A program made the translations under genes and the position numbers. From Octopus vulgaris (lineage: Eukaryota), in the NCBI GenBank assembly GCA_951406725.2, contig OX597823.1, forward strand, positions 8,990,001-9,054,000: a DNA stretch of 64,000 nucleotides. The letters are read 5' to 3'. The notes beneath the pieces are model-generated. The model was not told the origin of the DNA. It did no database searches and worked only from the letters and a program-made list of their open reading frames with translations. This document shows positions 42,361 through 55,269 of the stretch, piece by piece (positions within the stretch are counted from its first letter, which is position 1; each line of letters starts with the position of its first letter).

Positions 42361-42602
42361 GCTTTGCGGAAACCATGGTACGCTTTGTTTACTGACTGTA
42401 TAATCATCTTATAATCATCTAATAATAATGACTTTTATGAATCTTATTACTACCTCAGTCCATCTAAATGTATATATTTGTCGTCAACTGTCATAATAAA
42501 GCCTTTTTTTAGTTGCAATGTGCATTTTCGTTGATTTGTCATATTTTACCCATACATTTACACGTGTATTTTATATTTTCTTTTTGTAACATATTTCTCC
42601 TT

Positions 42603-42655
<53 letters not shown>

Positions 42656-42996
42656 TAGAGATAGACCACTATATGGACATCCTCTAATATGTATATAATA
42701 CAATTTTACAGAACCTTCAGTTTTTTTATATGCTAGACCACTGGTGTGAAATCGATGTTAATTAAATTAATATCGAATTTCTTACCCTCATTTTAAATTT
42801 ATATATATATTCATAGATATATATTTATATTTTCTCGAGAAGTTTAGAAAAGTAGCACACCGAAATGAATGTGTGTCTTTGAAAAGCTGAAATGAAAGAA
42901 AGTCTCTTACACAAAATGTTCTTTGGATTGTATCATCACCAATTAGGATTTTACTTCCTCGACTTAACTATATATATAATATATATATATATATAC

Positions 42997-43034
<38 letters not shown>

Positions 43035-43162
43035 CAAACACAGATTAAAACTTTTTTTATCATGGAGTAGTTGATCACAATCTACACAGGTCTAAACTAA
43101 AGCAAAAATGAAAGAAAGAAGACTAGAAACGGCCACTAATACCTGACTCACATTATATACAT

Positions 43163-43497
43163 TTGCAGCGTGGAAGGTGTTTGTTAGCCATTTAAGAAAC
43201 ACACAAAAGCCGTTCGATTCACTTCAACATTTAAGTTTAATTTGTCAAAATATTTTCGTCGCTTTAAGACCGCGACATGTTCACTGACAAAAAACCTGTT
43301 CACTGACAAAAAACCTGTGCAGCACAGATTTTTGTCAGTGAACAGGTTTTTTGTCAGTGAACAGGTTTTTTGTCAGTGAACAGGTCGCAGTCTTAAAGCG
43401 ACGAAAATATTTTGACAAATTAAACTTAAATGTTGAAGTGAATCGAACGGCTTTTGTGTGTTTCTGAAATGGCTAACAAACACCTTCCACGCTGCAA
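43163..43497. mobile_element. Head-to-head inverted pair of a short HHR-bearing element
   Basis: About 160-bp arms centred near 43321; 19-bp stutter repeats at the centre. Confidence 0.8.
43369..43419 (+). ncRNA. Type I hammerhead-like fold with G3:C8 core (mirror copy 43241-43291 on minus)
   Basis: TTTGTCA GTGAACA G GTCGC-AGTCTTAAA-GCGAC GAAA ATAT T T TGACAAA. Confidence 0.7.
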
Positions 43498-44081
43498 TTG
43501 TTTTCGCTTCAGCACACGATCTCAGATCAAATTACTTGCTATGCGAGTACATCTCCGTAATTATATACATTCATTTTGATAAAAACAGAAAATCCCTTTT
43601 TAATAGTTCTACGAATAAGAGAGAAAACTCGCATCGGAACATTGGCACCGCTTACTTAGACAATGATTGTTGTGTTCTTCCGTCTATCAGGCAACAGGAA
43701 AAAAGTAACAAAACACGAAGTCGCAAAATCACTAATAGTTTTTAAAAATAAACATAAACCGTCTTGGCCTCAAGGAATTATTTCATTTAGCAACATACTA
43801 ACATATGTCATTCTTATTTTTGTTTTTGTTTTCGTTGCCTGTATACTTTGGTTCTGTCATTATTGTTGTTGTTGCTTTTGGATTGTTGATATTGTTGCTA
43901 TTTCGTTAATGTTCTTATTGTGATATAGCTTTAGGCCACACCTAATTGAGCAGATAATTCGAATTTGTGTAAGAGACTTGCTTATCATATGATACTCTCT
44001 GTCGTAATTTGACTTTGCGCATATATTTGGAAACACATTGGATTGCATCTATGAGAATACATATATGACAGGCATTAAATA

Positions 44082-44126
<45 letters not shown>

Positions 44127-44157
44127 TGACTGTGTGTGTGTGTGTGTGTGAATATAT

Positions 44158-44388
44158 ATTTCTTTACTACCCACAAGGGGCTAAACATAGAGGGGTCAAA
44201 CAAGGACAGACAAAGGGATTAAGTCGATTACATCGACCCCAGTGCGAAACTGATACTTTATTTATTGACCCCGAAAGGATGAAAGGAAAAGTCTACCTCG
44301 GCGAAATTTGAACTCAGAATGTAACGTCTGACGAAATACCGCTAAGCATTTCGCCCGGCGCGCTAACGTTTCTGCCAGCTCGCCGCCT
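44158..44388 (-). mobile_element. SINE family B
   Basis: Full head-to-tail match to family B. Confidence 0.85.
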
Positions 44389-45169
44389 TGTGTGTGTGAA
44401 TATATGTATATTATATATATTTGAATTTTAAATATACTTTCAACTCTCTCTGTGTAGCTTATATGAGTATATGTATGTAATCATGTGTCACTATATTTTG
44501 AATGAATTCCTTAAAAATTGCTGATACTCTCCAGTTCGTCCGGAAATGCAACCCATCCAGAATAATGTTCAAGTTTAGATTTATATAAATGTAGTACTTA
44601 AAGTAAAAACTTACACTTAATTGTAGTATTTCTCATGAATAAACCGTTTTATTCTTTTCCAAAATACTATACGGAATATATAAGTACTGTAATCATACGG
44701 TTTTCTAATTAGTAAGGATTAGTAATGGCTAATGTGTAGAGCTAATGCTTTTTGTCTGCAGATATCAACAACAAATTCAGAAAACTGATAGTCTACAAAC
44801 CTTTCAAGAGAATATTTCAGCTATCAAAGGGAAACATTTTGACTTTCAACATGGAACATACATTCAGTTACATACGCACTGATACACAGACGCATACACA
44901 CAAACACAGACACACAGACACACAGACACACAGACACACAGACACACAGACACACACATACACATATATATGTATACATGTACATACGTATATATGTGCG
45001 TATATTTATTGAAATACTGTTTTGTTAGCATCGACTATAGAATATATCCAACCAGCACTGTATATTAGGGTAGACAAATTTGTTTACTTATCTGTCCTAT
45101 TTCACATTGTATCTCGTTGAGTAATAAATTGCCAGTGGGATAACAGCATTTCGTTTTGCGTGTGTGTGA

Positions 45170-45243
<74 letters not shown>

Positions 45244-45467
45244 TAATCAATATAGGGTGGCAAAAAATTTCGTAGAATTTATTTGCCACCAGCGGCCTAG
45301 TGGGAAAAAATTAAATAGTCATAGACCATTTATAAGTTCAACATCACAATTAAGGAATGGCCATAATAGGCCATTCACCCACTAGAAATAACAGCCAAAG
45401 CTTCAACCGCAAAATAACATCAATTCCGCAAACCAGGAGAAAATTAAAAAAAACATTTACCCTGTAA

Positions 45468-45572
45468 TTTCTTATACGATGCACCGTTTCATCTATTGTT
45501 TAATGGTAAACTAACCTGATTAAATTAAATCAAGCCAATCTTCCATAGGCCGATAGATTCGTCAGTAAGAAA
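45468..45572 (-). ncRNA. Type I hammerhead ribozyme, canonical core, extended helix II
   Basis: Reverse complement of the 46309-46413 motif. Confidence 0.85.
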
Positions 45573-45953
45573 CAGCCACGATCCGAGCAGATATTATCAC
45601 GAGGCATCTCTATCCCTGCCTCGGCAATATCTGACCTAAAATTTTCAAATCATCGCACTCGCGCCAAATTTATCGGCAGCAAATATAAGCCGCCGATTCC
45701 ATTACGGAATTAACCAGAAAATTCATAATTAATCAATATAGGGTGGCAAAACATTTCGTAGAATTTATTTGCCACCAGCAGCCTAGTGGGAAAAAATTAA
45801 ATAGTCATAGACCATTTATAAGTTCAACATCACAATCAAGGAATGGCCATAATAGGCCATTCACCCACTAGAAATAACAGCCAAAGCTTCAACCGCAAAA
45901 TAACATTAATTCCGCAAACCAGGAGAAAATTTAAAAAAACATTTACCCTGTAA

Positions 45954-46058
45954 TTTCTTATACGATGCACCGTTTCATCTATTGTTTAATGGTAAACTAA
46001 CCTGATTAAATTAAATCAAGCCAATCTTCCATAGGCCGATAGATTCGTCAGTAAGAAA
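45954..46058 (-). ncRNA. Type I hammerhead ribozyme, tandem copy 486 nt from 45468
   Basis: Same motif as 45468-45572. Confidence 0.85.
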
Positions 46059-46308
46059 CAGCCAAGATCCGAGCAGATATTATCACGAGGCATCTCTATC
46101 CGCTGGTGGCAAATAAATTCTACGAAATTTTTTGCCATCCTATATTGATTAATTATGAATTTTCTGGTTAATTCCGTAATGGAATCGGCGGCTTATATTT
46201 GCTGCCGATAAATTTGGCGCGAGTGCGATGATTTGAAAATTTTAGGTCAGATATTGCCGAGGCAGGGATAGAGATGCCTCGTGATAATATCTGCTCGGAT
46301 CTTGGCTG

Positions 46309-46413
46309 TTTCTTACTGACGAATCTATCGGCCTATGGAAGATTGGCTTGATTTAATTTAATCAGGTTAGTTTACCATTAAACAATAGATGAAACGGTGC
46401 ATCGTATAAGAAA
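46309..46413 (+). ncRNA. Type I hammerhead ribozyme
   Basis: TTTCTTA CTGACGA ATCTAT-(56 nt, hairpin-rich)-ATAGAT GAAA CGGT-GC-ATCG TA TAAGAAA: 7-bp helix I, GUA triplet. Confidence 0.85.
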
Positions 46414-46446
46414 TTACAGGGTAAATGTTTTTTTTAATTTTCTCCT

Positions 46447-46900
46447 TTGCATATCCTCTTCCGAAGCTTCCTTGCGAATGGTAGGCTTCTCAGAATGTTA
46501 AAGGAGAGCATAATGTGCCCTATCCGTAAAGTAGGAAGCAGAGTAGATGCGGAAGCTGAACATGTTCCTAGAATATAGTGACATGCATCCCCAGACAATA
46601 TGACCTCCACACAGGAAGAAGCTGTATGGCACTAATTCTGCAGCATGCATATTGAAGATGAATGTGATATATCTCGAATTTCCAAAGGCATTTGATAGGT
46701 TTCATTACGGTATGACCACACACAAGCGGCAAAAATTCGGTATAGTTGGCAAACTGGGAGAATGATGACATGAAATCAGGCTGTAAGAACCACTGCAGTT
46801 CTATCCAAGAAAATATCAATACCGATTGGAATACCTCAGAGTTAGCGGCTGGAATAACAGTCTTAGGGATAAAGATTATCCGTTCTTACTACCGGTATCA
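46447..46900 (+). mobile_element. CR1-type LINE RT fragment (duplicate copy)
   Basis: LFRSFLANGRL..LKESIMCPIRKVGSR, HTGRSCM, NVIYLEFPKAFDRFHYG; degenerate. Confidence 0.7.
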
Positions 46901-46926
46901 TTTACATATGCTATATATATATATGC

Positions 46927-47155
46927 AGGCAACGAGCTGGCAGAAATGTTAGCACGCTGGGCGACCTGCGTAGCCGTATTTCATCTGTCGTGACGTTCCG
47001 AGTTCAAATTCCGCCGAGGTCGACTTTGCCTTTCATCCTTTCGGGGTCGATAAATTAAGTACCAGTTACGCACTGGGGTCGATGTAATCGACTTGATACC
47101 TTTGTCTGTCCTTGTTTGTCCCCTCTGTGTTTGGCCCCTTGTGTGTAGTAAAGAA

Positions 47156-47158
<3 letters not shown>
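46927..47158 (+). mobile_element. SINE family B (part of the inverted duplication; twin at 47651-47882 on minus)
   Basis: The two copies match in opposite orientation. Confidence 0.85.
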
Positions 47159-47213
<55 letters not shown>

Positions 47214-47356
47214 CACAATCAAGGAATGGCCATAATAGGCCATTCACCCACTGAATTCATAATTAATCAATATAGGGTGGCAAAAAATTTCGTAGAATGT
47301 ATTTGCCACCAGCGGATAGAGATGCCTCGTGATAATATCTGCTCGGATCTTGGCTG

Positions 47357-47461
47357 TTTCTTACTGACGAATCTATCGGCCTATGGAAGATTGGCTTGAT
47401 TTAATTTAATCAGGTTAGTTTACCATTAAACAATAGATGAAACGGTGCATCGTATAAGAAA
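47357..47461 (+). ncRNA. Type I hammerhead ribozyme, fourth copy of the 486-nt family
   Basis: Same motif as 46309-46413. Confidence 0.85.
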
Positions 47462-47583
47462 TTACAGGGTAAATGTTTTTTTAATTTTCTCCTGGTTTGC
47501 GGAATTGATGTTATTTTGCGGTTGAAGCTTTGGCTGTTATTTCTAGTGGGTGAATGGCCTATTATGGCCATTCCTTGATTGTG

Positions 47584-47655
<72 letters not shown>

Positions 47656-47904
47656 CTTTACTACACACAAGGGGCCAAACACAGAGGGGACAAACAAGGA
47701 CAGACAAAGGTATCAAGTCGATTACATCGACCCCAGTGCGTAACTGGTACTTAATTTATCGACCCCGAAAGGATGAAAGGCAAAGTCGACCTCGGCGGAA
47801 TTTGAACTCGGAACGTCACGACAGATGAAATACGGCTACGCAGGTCGCCCAGCGTGCTAACATTTCTGCCAGCTCGTTGCCTGCATATATATATATAGCA
47901 TATG

Positions 47905-48385
47905 TAAATGATACCGGTAGTAAGAACGGATAATCTTTATCCCTAAGACTGTTATTCCAGCCGCTAACTCTGAGGTATTCCAATCGGTATTGATATTTTC
48001 TTGGATAGAACTGCAGTGGTTCTTACAGCCTGATTTCGTGTCATCATTCTCCCAGTTTGCCAACTATACCGAGTTTTTGCCGCTTGTGTGTGGTCATACC
48101 GTAATGAAACCTATCAAATGCCTTTGGAAATTCGAGATATATCACATTCATCTTCAATATGCATGCTGCAGAATTAGTGCCATACACCTTCTTCCTGTGT
48201 GGAGGTCATATTGTCTGGGGATGCATGTCACTATATTCTAGGAACATGTTCAGCTTCCGCATCTACTCTGCTTCCTACTTTACGGATAGGGCACATTATG
48301 CTCTCCTTTAACATTCTGAGAAGCCTACCATTCGCAAGGAAGCTTCGGAAGAGGATATGCAACGGACCTACTAAGGACCCCTTGC
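47905..48385 (-). mobile_element. CR1-type LINE RT fragment (probable original copy)
   Basis: Reverse complement of 46447-46900; the reading continues past the duplication boundary (LVGPLHILFRSFL). Confidence 0.7.
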
Positions 48386-48439
48386 CTTTTTTTTTTCTTT
48401 GAGTGCCGAGAATCTATCAAGGCAATTCAAGCAGCAAGA

Positions 48440-49388
48440 CATTTAAAAAAATACGAAGGCACGAAAAAGCTTATAAATAAATGGCAAGAAAACTACTTCA
48501 TAGCCAGTATTCGAAAGAACAAGGGCAGTAGATATGGATAAAGAAAGAACATATTAGTGGCCTCGTAGTTTAGGTCTAATGGAGGAAACTGAGTGAATCT
48601 CTACACACAACAAAGTAGCAAGCAAACCTTCTCCACAATGGTACTGATCCAAAGTATAGACTATCTTATAATACTACTGAAATCATCAACCACATTGTGA
48701 CTGACTGCTCTAAACTCGCATTAAACAAGTAGAAAACCAGGCATGACCGAATAGAGCAGTACCTACATTGGAACACCTGTCGTCATTATGACACTCCCTT
48801 TTCTAAGAACTGATATGATCAACACATGAAACCAGTCTCAGAGAGAGATAAAGTTACTGCATAATATTACGGTAAATAAGATTTGAAATAGGAAGGAAAA
48901 TGGTACGAGCATCAACCAGAAAGTGTAATAGAGACGACTAATATGAGATTTTATGGAATTTCAATATATAGACTGATCGCAAAATTCTTGCCAGATGACT
49001 AGATATTATGGTTCTTAACTAGGAGAAAAAGAGTTCACCATCATAGATATAGCTATATCTGCAGATGATTGTAGCGAACAGAGAAAAGGGAAAAAATAGA
49101 AAAATACCAGGATTTGACAAGTGAAATACGATGGCTGTGGAGGGCTTGTACAAAAGTAATTCCAGTTGTTGTAGGTGTCCTAAGCACCGTCAGCCTTAGA
49201 CTTAACAGCTCCCTTATTGAGACTGGTGTAACTGTAAGAGTTGCGTTGATTCAGAAATCTGCTGTATTGGGAACAATCTGGATTGTAATATAGATCCTGG
49301 ATATCCTAGGAAACTGATGAGAACTGGAATCAACGACTAGAAATCCGAATGTAAAACATTCGTGCATACCAGAAATAACAACAATAAT
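48440..49388 (+). mobile_element. Dong/R4-type LINE 3' region (zinc knuckle and RLE), degenerate
   Basis: HIVTDCSKLA...RHDRIEQYLHWNTC, WYEHQPESVIE, IIDIAISAD, EKIEKYQDL, VIPVVVG, IQKSAVLGT. Confidence 0.75.
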
Positions 49389-50514
49389 TTTGGCACAAGG
49401 GACGAGAAACCAAGAGTCAGGAGTACCAAAATCTCTAGCCTTGATCCAGTTTCACAATCTCCTATGTCATTAGTTTAACCTGCTTTCTATATTACCATAG
49501 GTAATTAAGACTCGATACAACTCTCCGTTTCGCCATGCACGGCTTAATGGAGCACATATCACAGCATACGTGAAACGACCGCCTGAAAATAACGCAAATA
49601 ACATTGCTCACACTCTTAACAGCAGACGAATTGCTTAATTAAAATCAAAAACAGAAACACAAAACAATTCATAATGCAGATTAAAATCGATGTAATGTAC
49701 GTAGTTTCTCTCTTTCTTTTAGAGATACATTATCGTCTGTTGAGGTAAATACATAGAACATGTGACATTTCCTTCTTTTATGGGTCATTGGCAGCAATAG
49801 CCAGTAGATTTGTGAGATTTTATATTAGCTTCGTTTCCGTGCCAGACAACGTTTCCAATAAATTCTTTCCCACATTAATCATTAACTGCAGTTGAGCCTC
49901 GCTGAGTAGAAATTTTGCATTTCCATACAAGTTCAGAAAGGTGTTTGAATTTAATACTGTAAAAATCTCTTTAAGACTTAGAAATGTGATTGCATTCAAA
50001 TATTACGAATATTTTTGTAGAACTTTGGCATACATAAATAAAGCAACATCTTCGAGAGAAGCAACGAGGTATAAGATGGAAATATAGTGCATTGTGCATC
50101 AATTCTATTTTCGTATAGGATTTAATATGTAAACATTTCCGTTATACCTTGTATAAAATGATTTACCTTGTTATTTCATTGGAGTTTAAATTCCATTTGA
50201 CAATGTCTGAAGATGGAAACATTGCCAGACTAATGTGCTTCATGTTACACTAAACGATTGTATTCTTCGTCCCACTGTCGTTATTGTTGACTGTGCTATT
50301 GTCTCAAGTAGTGTTAGTATTCTAGCTATCTTTTTATTATTTTTTTGTTATTATTTTTATTGTTGCTATCTATTCTAATTTTTGAATAGATAATGAAGTA
50401 GCTATAACCTACAAGAATTTAGGAGTAAGATATAATGATAATGTGAAAGAAGCAAATAAAAACGATAATAATAATAACAATAAAATTAATAATAATAATA
50501 ATAACAACAACAAC

Positions 50515-50601
<87 letters not shown>

Positions 50602-51314
50602 TATTATTATTATTAAAATTACATATTCGTCTTAAGCATACATCATTCTACATTCTGTGCGACACATTAATATTGCGTAGAATAATTCATATCCTTGAAA
50701 TTTCTCTTCAATAGTAGTCAATTACATCTTTCACTTGATCAATAGTTCTCAACAAAATTCACTGGAAACTATTCCGATATTAACAATATCTGAAAAGGTT
50801 TCCATATTACATATCATGCCATGCGTAAATCAATCCAGGTGATTTCAGTAAACTCAAAGCAATATACTTTTATTCATGTGCTTATAATATTTGCAAATAA
50901 ATTTCACGTCTGCATTGTCCAGCACATATTGACAGATATTTTCAACTACATATACAATAAATAAACAGATACGATTAGAAACAATACTACAGAAATGAGT
51001 ATAGAACATTAAATGTTCACTCTAACGTTCTACAAAATGAGATATCGCATATATCTACAAATGTCAATGTAATTTGTAGAAATAATTTTAACGGGAATAA
51101 CTTATTTAAATATCCAAATAATTGAGCTTAAATATCAAATACAAAAATACACATTTCAATTTAAAATTCCATTCTAAATTTAATAGGCTTGTGTTACTTT
51201 TATACAATATTTTTTCTTTTATTTTATGTTTTAAATCACACCATGTATGTTAAATTGTGAAAGCGTTCCTAGGGAAATACTGTGCCATATTTACAGAACA
51301 AATTGTATATATGT

Positions 51315-51393
<79 letters not shown>

Positions 51394-51543
51394 TAGTTGA
51401 GTGAATTATCCTAATATAGATAATTCGGTTAACCGATACATGGGTAGCAAATTCACGTCAGAAGACACGGTTGAAGCTACATGCCAAGGGCAGAGATCAC
51501 GTGCTTTCGTGTGGAAATTTGTGTGTTTTTTTTACTATAAATA

Positions 51544-51655
51544 AATGAAAGAATGGAGTCGAACGACGACGATTTAACAAAATTCCTTTATTCTCGAAAC
51601 ATATGTCGAAAATAAAGGAATTTTGTTAAATCGTCGTTCGACTCCATTCTTTCAT

Positions 51656-51656
<1 letters not shown>
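51544..51656. repeat. Near-perfect hairpin (about 55-bp arms) centred on an HHR 3' half
   Basis: AATGAAAGAATGGAGTCGAACGACG...GAAACATATGTC...CGTCGTTCGACTCCATTCTTTCATT. Confidence 0.8.
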
Positions 51657-51689
<33 letters not shown>

Positions 51690-51718
51690 GTGTGTGTGTT
51701 TTCATACGTACATAAACA

Positions 51719-52946
51719 TATGGAAGGTGGTACTAAAAACTTGATGGCTGTGAGTAAAAGAAAACACAGGAGGATCAGTTAATTATGATTTTGTTCAACA
51801 TATTCCCCTCTCACATTCACACACTTCTTGCATCAGTCCTTCATTTTTTCTAAGCCCTGTAAAATGAACTCGGGATGTTGGGCCTCCAACCAGGTCTCTG
51901 TCATAACGATCACATCCGAATCGTAGTGAAATTTCGTTCCCTTGGGATGTTTCGTCATTTGTGTGAAGAGAGGGCCAAATCAGGAGAGTAAGGGGTCGGT
52001 GGTGTTTCATTTCGAAACCAAAGTCGCGTATTTCCCGTAGAGTGTTACGTACTGCGTGTGTGCTGGTGCATTGTCCTGCAAAAACAGGAGACTGCGGCTC
52101 AGCTTTCCTCAGCGTTTGTGCTTCAAAGCTTCATGCAGTTTGTCCAACAGAGACATGTAGTATCTTGCTTTGTTGGTGCGACCCTTTGACCTCAGAACAC
52201 TGAAACTAGAATCTTTCCAGCTGACTTCTGGGTTGGACACTTATTGAAACGCAGTGAACTGCTGCGGGGGTTACTCCATTGATTGCTGCTTGGTTTGGGG
52301 ATCATAACGATAAAACTACGTGAACCATAAAATAATCTTCTGCTGAAAACCGGTCAAAAATCACCTTGGATGTCATCACTTTGATGCGCTTCTGATCTGC
52401 ATTCAGGTATTTCGTCACCCATTTTGTGGAAAGCTTTCACATGTCGAGAAGTTTGTGGATGATGTGATGTACACCGTCACAGGAAGTACCCCGATTCTCG
52501 GCTATGAGTTTAGCTGAAATCCACTGGTCCTCGAGAATCAAGCTGTTTACAGCGTCGGCTTTGCCTTCTGTGGTCAGGAAAGTTGGCTGTCCTGACCGGG
52601 GTTAATCTGTGACCTCGAGATGACCAGTTCGAAAGCGTGACACTTAAATTTCCACCGTGAAGTAAGATGTGCAGCCTTACTTTAAAGGTTCGCCATGGAT
52701 TTCCGCTGGTCCTTTGCCTTGGAAAAAGGGGATCCTCATGACTGCGAGTGCTTCAATTTTACCAAAATCCACTGCAAGAACAGCTATCATGCGCTAAATC
52801 TGCAAAACAGAGAAAGATAAATACATAGAATCCTGAATATTTTGCATATCTTCTCCCAAATAGTTAACCTATCGCATCTGAAAAAGGTAAGAGCCCTTCC
52901 TTACCGCGATACACTTAGATCCAGGAACATTTCAGTACCTCTCGAA
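51719..52946 (-). mobile_element. Mariner transposon of about full length, pseudogenised
   Basis: QDNAPAH, PYSPDLA and KKCVNVRGEYVE motifs; degenerate TIRs GGTACTAAAAACTT / AACATTTCAGTACC; about 1.23 kb. Confidence 0.75.
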
Positions 52947-52997
52947 CAGGCACTTGCATGCATTCCCCCTATATATATATATATATATATATATACG

Positions 52998-53073
<76 letters not shown>

Positions 53074-53134
53074 CATATAAATACATATATATATATATAT
53101 ACATATATATATACATATATACATATATATATAC

Positions 53135-53169
<35 letters not shown>

Positions 53170-53197
53170 CATATATACGTATATATATACATATATA

Positions 53198-53506
53198 TCA
53201 CCGTGATCACCGTGACCTACCAGGTTATCAGATGTTGGTACACATCGCTGGTCACAATGCGCTTCGCATTGTTTTAGCCTTCAAATGACGCCACCCCGCT
53301 GGCTAAGCGACCAGGCCGACAGAAGAAAGAGTGAGAGAAAGTTGTAGCGAAAGAGTACAGCAGGGATCGCCACCACCCCCTGCAGGAGCCTCGTGAAGCT
53401 TTAGGTGTTTTCGCTCAATAAACACTCACAACGCTCGGTCTGGGAATCGAAACCACGATCCTACGACCGCGAGTCCGCTGCCCTAACCACTGGGCCATTG
53501 CGCCTC

Positions 53507-53508
<2 letters not shown>
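53198..53508 (-). mobile_element. SINE family C variant with a different 3' tail
   Basis: Same tRNA head to CTCTCACTCTT, then an unrelated tail ending GGTCACGGTGATCACGGTGA. Confidence 0.8.
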
Positions 53509-53568
<60 letters not shown>

Positions 53569-53579
53569 TATATATATAC

Positions 53580-53610
<31 letters not shown>

Positions 53611-53613
53611 CAT

Positions 53614-53682
<69 letters not shown>

Positions 53683-53869
53683 TATAAATCTATCTATATA
53701 TATATTTATATATATACATATATATGTATGTGTGTGTGTGTGTGTGTGTTGTTTATTTGTGTGTCTGTCTGAGTCTGTGTGTCTGTGTGTGTACTTAGTT
53801 GGAAAAATTCCGGCTGAAATTGCTCCAACACAGGACAAACTGAACAACACCTGGAAAAGACATTCAATG

Positions 53870-54990
53870 ATGTTTCATATTACAGTCATCCTGTGTTTAT
53901 CGTAGCACATTCGCCTACAGGGTTAATGTTTGCTAAGATATATCCGGTTGTGGGCGGTTCATCTTGAATGTGTTGGTGATATTTATCCAGAGAGCATGTG
54001 AATGCTATGAGGTATTTTCTTCTTTTACGCGTCTTACTAAAGAGATCAGGGCAAGTTGAAGTAAATATAATTGTCTTAGCGTTGTGATGTGACGCGAGCA
54101 TGAATTTTGTAGAGGATACAGGGCCTAAAGTTTGGATAAATTTTAAAGTTACATCATTATGACAATGGCGTTAGAATCCTTCCGCATCTTACAAATGATA
54201 AATCGCTTACGGTGGCGTCGGACGGAAATAAGTTGGAGCTTCTCGAATCGATCCCAATCATGAAGATCTGCCATGTCATTGTGTTTGAGATTGATTTCTG
54301 GGGTGCTTAAAGTTTTATGATATTTTGTTTCGTGTAGTCAGATCAAAGTAGACAAACAGTATTTATGATGAGTGGTGGAGGCGCAATGGCCCAGTGGTTA
54401 GGGCAGCGGACTCGCGGTCGTAGGATCGCGGTTTCGATTCCCAGACCGGGCGTTGTGAGTGTTTATTGAGCGAAAACACCTAAAAGCTCCATGAGGCTCC
54501 GACAGGGGATGGTGGTGATCCCTGCTGTACACTTTAACCACAACTTTCTCTCACTCTTACTTCCTGTTTCTGTTGTACCTGTATTTCAAAAGGCCAGCCT
54601 TGTCACCCCTCTGTGTCACGCTGAATATCCCCGAGAACTGTCTGTGGAGTGCTCAGCCACTTACACGTTAATTTCACGAGCAGGCTGTTCCGTTGATTCG
54701 GATCAACCGGAACCCTCGTCGTCGTAACCGACGGAGTGCTTCCATCCATGATGAGTGGTGAAGGCAGTGAAGACAAAGCTAATTGTGGAAGTGTTTCTAA
54801 ACTGAAAATTCCTGAGAATCCAAGAGCATGTCTTCTGGTCCAATTCAACCTTGCTATTTATGTGGACATTCTAGCTTAAATTGTTGTCGACAGTTTCTCC
54901 GAGGACTCTGGGAAAGTTTGATGTCAAGAGGCTTTTAATAGAAGGAAGAGTGTAGGTAGTTTAATTGCAGTAATTTTCCCGAAGTGCATT
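53870..54990 (-). mobile_element. CR1-type LINE 3' fragment interrupted by SINE C
   Basis: RVLGETVDNNLS*NVHINSKV...WILRNF, and C-terminal FTCSLDKYHQHIQDEPPTTGY. Confidence 0.65.
54376..54747 (+). mobile_element. SINE family C with TSD
   Basis: TSD ATGATGAGTGG at 54365 and 54748; (TCCA)n tail. Confidence 0.9.
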
Positions 54991-55269
54991 AATTCAAATT
55001 TATTCTAGCTTAGTCGCATAATACAGCATCAAAGACACTATGAAATATTACCATACACTGCTGGTCACTAAGTGCTTCCTCGCATTGATGCGGCTTTCGA
55101 ATAGTACTCATATACGTATATATTCATATTCATATAAAACATTTGTTATATATTATTTCTACAGTCAGTTATATAACAGATCGCATTTTGAATTATAAGA
55201 TTAAAATGCAAAGAAACAAGAACAAAAATAATATGAAAACGAAAACAGAAAGAAAAGAGGAAAAATCTG

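Larger units (their letters stand above)
45242..46446. mobile_element. Retrozyme-like element, 486-nt unit: about 1.8 tandem copies plus an inverted copy
   Basis: ATTAATCAATATAGGGTGGC at 45242 and 45728. Inversion at about 46101 with CC microhomology. Starts at a (TA)n tract. Confidence 0.85.

Noticed and set aside
43275-43384. 19-bp repeats as a CRISPR-like array
   Set aside because: No spacers, eukaryotic context; they are tandem stutters of the element end.
49700-49750. Possible 22-nt micro-exon (TTTTAG|...|GTAAAT); similar at about 930-955
   Set aside because: Splice-like motifs arise often by chance; no coding or transcript support.
50199-50230. CTGAAGA-TG-GAAA inside a CAATGT/ACATTG hairpin
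   Set aside because: No helix II or III and no repeat context; likely chance.
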